DNA from: an uncultured delta proteobacterium
GTDB taxonomy: Bacteria; Desulfobacterota; Syntrophia; Syntrophales; Smithellaceae
Direction of reading: 5' to 3'
Length of the DNA: 64,000 nucleotides
Assembly (NCBI GenBank): GCA_963730275.1
Contig: CAVSRI010000017.1
Span: forward strand, 12,600 to 76,599
In this document: piece after piece, positions 57,551 to 64,000 of the stretch
Numbering within the stretch: position 1 is the stretch's first letter
Layout: every line of letters begins with the position of its first letter
Notes under the pieces: generated by a model
Database searches by the model: none
Seen by the model: the letters and a program-made list of their open reading frames with translations, nothing else
Told to the model about the DNA's origin: nothing
Translations under genes and position numbers: made by a program

Positions 57551-58186
57551 TTGGAAAAATATTCTCTGCTGCAAAACATACTTCTGGGACTTTCGCTGGC
57601 CGCTCCGATCGGACCGGTAAACATGGAAATAATCAAACGTGGCTTGAATTCAGGCTTTAAGCAGGCATTTCTCACCGGCGCGGGTGCGATGAGTGCCGAT
57701 ACCACTTACTTGACACTTATTTTTTTCGGCCTTACTTCCTTTTTGAATATCACTTTAATGAAAATTATTTTAGGCAGCGCCGGAAGCATTATTTTGATTT
57801 ATCTCGGTTTAATCAGCGCAAAAGAGTTTTTCTATAAAGCTGCTATTGCGGAAAATCAGCCGCGACGGCTGTTCAGTAATTCCTTTATCACCGGCTATGT
57901 TCTGGCTATTTCCAGCCCGATGACGATTGTCTGGTGGACGGGAGTTTTCGGCGCGCTACTGACCTCGCAAACCCATGCGCAAACAAACTTATCCGCCTTC
58001 TTATCATGTCTTTCTATTTTGCTGGGTTGTTTTCTTTGGGTGGCTTCTTTTACCCTTGCTCTGCATTGGGGCAGAAAAATCATCAGCGAAAAAATAACTG
58101 GGTACATTTCTCTGATCGCCGGAGTATTTCTTGTTGGATTTGGTTTTTATTTTTTACACCAAGCTTATAAATTAATAATTTACTAG
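57551..58186 (+). CDS. LysE-family amino-acid exporter
   Basis: The ORF-track frame starts at 57482, but the TTG at 57551 follows GGAAAGGG with 6-nt spacing and gives a ~211-aa protein typical of the family. LLGLSLAAPIGPVNMEIIKRGL is the LysE N-terminal motif. Confidence 0.75.
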   Translation: MEKYSLLQNILLGLSLAAPIGPVNMEIIKRGLNSGFKQAFLTGAGAMSADTTYLTLIFFGLTSFLNITLMKIILGSAGSIILIYLGLISAKEFFYKAAIAENQPRRLFSNSFITGYVLAISSPMTIVWWTGVFGALLTSQTHAQTNLSAFLSCLSILLGCFLWVASFTLALHWGRKIISEKITGYISLIAGVFLVGFGFYFLHQAYKLIIY

Positions 58187-58230
58187 CAGCTTCCTAATGC
58201 TTGACTTTTAGGACGCGAATGACATTTAGA

Positions 58231-59640
<1,410 letters not shown>

Positions 59641-59651
<11 letters not shown>

Positions 59652-60482
59652 CGCATCCACACTTGTGCTTTTCGTAAGCCTGACTTCTCCTGATCGCAAT
59701 ACATTTTCAGCCGGCTTGACAAGAAGCTTAAAATCCACTTCATGGCCATCAAATTCCGGCCCATCCACACAGGCAAATTTTGTTTTCCCCCGACAGCCAC
59801 CCGGCACGCACCGCACATTCCCGTTGCATCCACCATAATGGGATTCAGGCTGACTATTGTTTTGATCCCGTGCGGTCGGGTAACATCACTAAGCACCCGC
59901 ATCATGGGCACCGGGCCAATGGCAAATACGCGGTCGATTTTTTCGCCTTTATCAATCATTTCCTGCAAGACGGTGCTGACAAATCCATGCACACCATAGC
60001 TTCCGTCGTCCGTAGTCACAATTAAGCTGATCACTGACATTTCTCCATTTCATTTTCCAGAATGAGCAAATCCTTCGTCCGCGATCCAATGATGGAAATT
60101 ACCTGATTGCCCGCTTTCTTCAGGGCCCGCCAATCGGATAAACAACGCCAACCCCTACGCCGCCGCCAATGCAGACCACATGGCCGAAATTTTCAATCTC
60201 CGTCGGATTTCCCAAGGGCCCCTGGACATCCTGCATCGAATCTCCGACTTTCATGCTTCGCCATTACTGCCGTCGTCTTGCCGACAACTTGGAAAATGAT
60301 GGTGATGGTTCCGCTTGCGCATCGGAATCCACAATGGTCAGCGGAATGCGTTCCCCCTTTTCATCGACCTTAAGAATGATAAATTGTCCGGCTTTGCTCT
60401 TCTGCGGCGATGACCGGCGCTGTCGAGAACCATCTTGACGACATTTTCAGAAAAATTGCTTATTGTCGATGATCTTATTCAA
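59641..60482 (-). pseudogene. NfnA / PyrK-like FAD-[2Fe-2S] electron-transfer subunit, about ten frame changes
   Basis: TTG at 60482 (LNKIIDNKQ) after GGAGAG. Recognisable blocks are scattered over all three frames: SENVVKMVLD; APVIAAE; AGQFIILKVDEKGERIPLTIVDSD; GTITIIFQVVGKTT; KVGDSMQDVQGPLGNPTEIENFGHVVCIGGGVGV; RALKKAGNQVISIIGSRTKDLLILENEM; IVTTDDGSYGVHGFV...SLNPIMVDATGMCGACRV; KFACVDGPEFDGHEVDF; RLKMYCDQEK; QAYEKHKCGCDGN*. The stop overlaps the nfnB ATG (ATGGAAACTAA). Confidence 0.7.
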
Positions 60483-60582
60483 AGTTATCTCTCCTTGAAG
60501 TTCATACAAAAAAAGGGAGTCCAATGGCTCCCTCATTTATCACAAGATCTCCGGCTTCATCAAGTCGCCTAGCATGAACTGA

Positions 60583-61424
60583 TTAGTATTCTTTGGTCAG
60601 CTTATCCAACTCCGCCAGCGAAAAGACCGGGCCATCCTTACAGACATACTTGCTGCCGACATTGCAGCGGCCGCATTTGCCGATACCGCACTTCATCCGC
60701 ATTTCGAGAGAAGTGATGATGTTTTCCTTGGAGAAACCCGAGATCGAAGAATACCGGCAGAGTAAACCGGATCATCACCGGAGGACCGCAGATAACCGTC
60801 ACAGCGTTTTCGGTGCTTGGCGCAACTTCCTTGCATACCGTAGGAACAAATCCTTCCCTGCCCTTCCATGTCGCATCGCCTTTATCTACCGTTACATTAA
60901 GATTCATGTCGCTTCTTTTGCCCCATTCGGCCAATTCATCTTTGTAAAGCAAAAGTCCGGGAGTTCTTGCGCCGTAAATAACCGTGATCTTGCCGAAACG
61001 TTAGCGGTTATCTCCGTGAATCATGTAATTGATCAGAGAGCGCAGTGTCGTGAAAGCAAATCCGCCGCCGACAATAACAATATTCTTTCCTTCCAGAAAT
61101 TCAAGCGGCCAGGAATTACCCAGCGGTCCGCGGACGCCCATCAGAGTGCCTTCTTCCATCTCATGAAGGGCTGTGGTCACAACACCGGCCTTCTGGACGG
61201 TGAATTCCACGTAGCCGTTCTGCGTCGGAGATGAGGCGATCCCGATGGGCGATTCGCCCTTGCCGAAGATGGAAAGTTCGCCGAATTGTCCGGGAATGTA
61301 TTTAAATTTTTCTTCATCTTCCTTGTTTACGAAGGTAAAACGAAAAGTCTTGATGTCTTTCGTATCCACTTCTGTGATGATTTTGTCTACCTTGACAGGG
61401 ATACGGTATATATGGATTTTGCAT
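60583..61424 (-). pseudogene. FAD/NAD(P)-binding oxidoreductase with C-terminal [2Fe-2S] (sulfhydrogenase gamma / AsrB / FlxA-like): two frame changes plus an in-frame TAA
   Basis: ATG at 61424 (MQNPYIPYP) shifts into RIPVKVDKIITEVDTKDIKTFRF...GQFGELSIFGKGESPI...IVIVGGGFAFTTLRSLINYMIHGDNR. A TAA at 61001-61003 is followed in the same frame by RFGKITVIYGARTPGLLLYKDEL...VICGPPVMIRF. A third frame gives GFSKENIITSLEMRMKCGIGKCGRCNVGSKYVCKDGPVFSLAEL...* ending at 60583. Confidence 0.75.
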
Positions 61425-61438
61425 TACTAACTCCCTAA

Positions 61439-62460
61439 TTATAATTTTGAAATATCTTCAACAATTTTTCTAATATCTATATTAACGGGACAATACATGA
61501 CGCACCGACCACAACCGACGCAGGCGATTGCATTAAAATTATCGACATAATACTTGAATTTATGCATGGTGCGTTGACGCCATCTTTCCTTCTGCGTCGG
61601 ACGGGGATTATGGCCGGACGTTTCTTTGGTAAAGAGCGGGAACATGCAGGAATCCCACGACCTAATGCGAATACCGTCGCTGCCTTTCACTTCATCGCTG
61701 ATATCAAAACAATGGCAGGTGGGACACAGATAGGTGCAGGTTCCGCAGGCCAGACATTTGCCGTGAATCGTGTTCCAGAAAGGATGTTCAAAGTTATTAT
61801 CCAGAATAGGCTTTATTTCATTAGCGGGAATTTTCGATGTAATGGCTGCTTTGGCTTTGGCTACAATTTCATTTTTCTTTGTTTCGGCTGCCGCGTCCGC
61901 TTTGGTTTCACCAAAGTATTTAGCTAACTTTTCACCTTTCGGAGTGACAAACTCAACAAGGTAGTCACTCCGATATCCGTGAGAAGAACATCTGCACCGT
62001 CTGCGGAAACCGGCTCACCATCAACCGATGTACAGAAGCAGGTAGCATAAGGAGGTTGCGAACAAGCCAGAGAAATAACCGTCGTGCTCTGTCTTTTGGC
62101 TACATAATAACCGTCTTGATATTTTTCCTGATCAAAAAGCATATCGAGCAGAAGAAAACTGTGCGCATCACAAGGGCGAACACCAAACAATACCGATTCT
62201 TGTGTCTTGTTTTCGTCTGAGGAAAAGACCATGCCCTTTCCCGTACGGGTATATTTCATCATAGTTTCCGTATGCGGGAAGAAAACATTTTTCGGCGCGT
62301 TCTTGGAATTCAAATAAGCAAAGAAAGGCTCGGCATTTTTTTGCAGGGGTTTAAAAAGAACATTGTCTTCTTTTTTTACCGGCGCCCAGACCAGGAAGTT
62401 CTCGGCCATTTTCTTGGCAATGCCCGCTAGGGCATCTTTTTTTATCAAACGTTTTTCCAT
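61439..62460 (-). pseudogene. 4Fe-4S dicluster protein (sulfhydrogenase beta / AsrA / FlxB-like), one frame change
   Basis: 61924-62460 (…GVRPCDAHSFLLLDMLF…SLACSQPPYATCFCTSV) is followed in another frame by DYLVEFVTPKGEKL...CLACGTCTYLCPTCHCFD...ACVGCGRCVMYCPVNIDI, ending at 61439. The switch is near 61950-61975. Confidence 0.75.
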
Positions 62461-62509
62461 AATTTTCCCTAACTAAGAATTTTCTCTAATGTTTTCGCAA
62501 AGCCCAATA

Positions 62510-63358
62510 TTAAATCAATTGCAACTGTCTCAGCAATAGTTGTGGATTAAATATATGCGATTTAAACGTTTCCTTTGATCCCTCCAAACCCATCGCCAGA
62601 GCAATTAATTCCGTGAAATAAAACACCGGAAGTTTTAATTTTCTGCTGGGCCGCATATCCAGATTAGCCATGCAAAGAGGACAGGCCGTGACCACGCAAT
62701 TGGCGCCCGCTTCTCTCGCCGCGCTCATCAACTTATCGCACATACCGACAACAATGTTTGTCTTGCTGATGGCCAGCGATCCGCCACAGCAATCTGTCTT
62801 ATAAGACCATTTTTTCACATCGGCGCCGATTGTGCCCAATATTTTATCCAGCATAAACGGATTTTCATAATTTTCAAACTCGCAAACATCCGGTGGTCTT
62901 AAGAGCAAACAACCGTAATAAGAAACCGGCTTCAACCCGGTCAAGGGCTTGACGACTTTTGCTGCCATGGTATCCACACCAATTTCATTAAAAATGATAT
63001 CGATAGGATTGCGGATAGCAATGCCGCCTTGATATTTGCCGCCAATCACACCTTCAATCTTTGTTTTTAATTTCTTATCGGCCTTTAAATGATGTTCGGC
63101 CATTTTGAAGCGATTAAAACAAGCGGCACAGGGAACCATCACATCCAGAGCATTTTTTTCGGCGGAAATCAGGTTACGCGCCGACAGGGCAATGGCTAAA
63201 TCAAAATTTGTACTGTGCGCGGAGGAAGCTCCGCAGCAAGACCAATCATCAACTTCTTTCAGTTCGATGCCCAGAGCCTGACTTATCGACTTCATGGACT
63301 GATCATATTCTTTTCCCGTCGCGTGCAGCGAGCAGCCCGGATAGTATGAAACTTTCAA
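62510..63358 (-). CDS. hdrB: Heterodisulfide reductase subunit B (two CCG domains)
   Basis: 282 aa. YYPGCSLHATGKEYD...WSCCGASSAH, then YYGCLLLRPP...TDCCGGSL...VVTACPLCMANLDMR. Confidence 0.85.
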   Translation of the reverse strand: MKVSYYPGCSLHATGKEYDQSMKSISQALGIELKEVDDWSCCGASSAHSTNFDLAIALSARNLISAEKNALDVMVPCAACFNRFKMAEHHLKADKKLKTKIEGVIGGKYQGGIAIRNPIDIIFNEIGVDTMAAKVVKPLTGLKPVSYYGCLLLRPPDVCEFENYENPFMLDKILGTIGADVKKWSYKTDCCGGSLAISKTNIVVGMCDKLMSAAREAGANCVVTACPLCMANLDMRPSRKLKLPVFYFTELIALAMGLEGSKETFKSHIFNPQLLLRQLQLI

Positions 63359-63378
63359 CTCTTGCCTCCTTATTCGGC

Positions 63379-63500
63379 GGCTTTATAAAACGTCCATCTG
63401 CTGTGTTGCGCTTCATCACTCGTCATTGCGACGTATATCAAAAATACGCCTCATTCCTCGTGACTCGCGCGCCTTGCATCTGGAGCTTTTTCTTAAAGCC
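63379..63500 (-). repeat. Rep-C element (inverted relative to the 40524 copy) inserted between hdrC and hdrB
   Basis: The reverse complement reads AAAAAGCTCCAGATGCAAGGCGCGCGAGTcacgaggaatgaggCGTATttttgatATACGtcgcaatgacgagtgatgaagcgcaacacaGCAGATGGACGTTTT. The termini GGCTTTATAAAACGTCCATCTGC and GCATCTGGAGCTTTTTCTTAAAGCC are inverted repeats. Confidence 0.75.
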
Positions 63501-63541
63501 GTCCATTTACATATACTGGACTTCTAAAAACTTTTTACCTC

Positions 63542-64000
63542 TTACAAGTGCTTTGTTCTCTCAAAAATATCTTTTACCGACTTCATATCCTTCGTTCGCG
63601 GTGATAGAAGCGACAACTTGCCCTTCATAAACATACCCGGAGCCATTAAAACATCCGAAAACAAGTCCAGGGATTTTAATTTATACTCAGCCATCATCAT
63701 CGGTTCATTGATACGGCCGCCTCGTTCAATTCCGGCAAGAAACGCTTCATGGAATTTCAATACATTCTTCTCGCGGGCGCCAATGCCTTCTTCAATGGCC
63801 ATTTGTCTCAATACATCCATCATGCGGGCGATATCGATCTGATTGGGGCAACGCGTAATGCAAGTTTCACAGGACAGGCAAAGCCAGATTGTCGAACTTT
63901 TCAGCACCTGGTCACGCTTACCGTTCTGTATCATTTTAACAACCTTGTTCGGGTTATATTCCATATACGGCGCCGTGGGACAGCCCGCTGTGCATTTCCG
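63542..64000 (-). CDS. hdrC: Heterodisulfide reductase subunit C (N-terminus runs off the window end)
   Basis: The frame is open to the window edge (...RKCTAGCPTAPYMEYNPNKVVKMIQNG...). The second cluster motif is CLSCETCITRCP. It lies directly upstream of hdrB. Confidence 0.8.
   Translation of the reverse strand, partial: RKCTAGCPTAPYMEYNPNKVVKMIQNGKRDQVLKSSTIWLCLSCETCITRCPNQIDIARMMDVLRQMAIEEGIGAREKNVLKFHEAFLAGIERGGRINEPMMMAEYKLKSLDLFSDVLMAPGMFMKGKLSLLSPRTKDMKSVKDIFERTKHL

Overview
This is a 64-kb chromosomal window of roughly 40-45% GC (judged by eye). It comes from a Gram-negative anaerobe. The gene content (hdrCB, nfnAB-like and sulfhydrogenase/Asr-like Fe-S flavoproteins, paaK with an ACT protein, BamD, IHF/HU, RdgC) fits a Desulfobacterota-type organism, but I cannot assign taxonomy from sequence alone.

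Gene content, in order:
- A small defence islet: ArsR regulator, an HNH nuclease, a decayed PD-(D/E)xK nuclease, and radC translationally coupled to an AbiEi/AbiEii pair.
- A conspicuously GC-rich tail-specific protease gene.
- A K+ channel, a hemerythrin, a zur-znuACB operon and sodB.
- A housekeeping block: ihfB, rluB, scpB, scpA, trpS, hup.
- A UbiA prenyltransferase next to a broken radical-SAM/SPASM gene.
- A heavily disrupted kdpABC-kdpD operon that still has a recognisable c-di-AMP (ydaO-type) riboswitch and promoter.
- An overlapping nadK-recN-GNAT-mltA operon, then rdgC, bamD and trxA.
- An MTAP-like phosphorylase and a paaK-ACT cluster.
- A signalling locus: a 7TM-Cache-PAS histidine kinase, a CheY-like receiver and two tandem REC-PAS(n)-HD-GYP paralogues.
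- A phospholipid-remodelling operon.
- An hdrC-hdrB-(Fe-S/flavoprotein)-nfnAB operon whose distal four genes are riddled with frameshifts and two in-frame stops.

Two patterns stand out:
1. There are at least two families of short hairpin-forming intergenic repeats. Their stems show compensatory changes, and one family (Rep-C) has MITE-like terminal inverted repeats.
2. Frame disruptions are strongly clustered in a few loci, while about 45 other genes are intact, including two ORFs longer than 3 kb.

I found no rRNA, tRNA, CRISPR array, transposase or integrase. All calls rest on reading the sequence and ORF track and on remembered family motifs. No searches were run.
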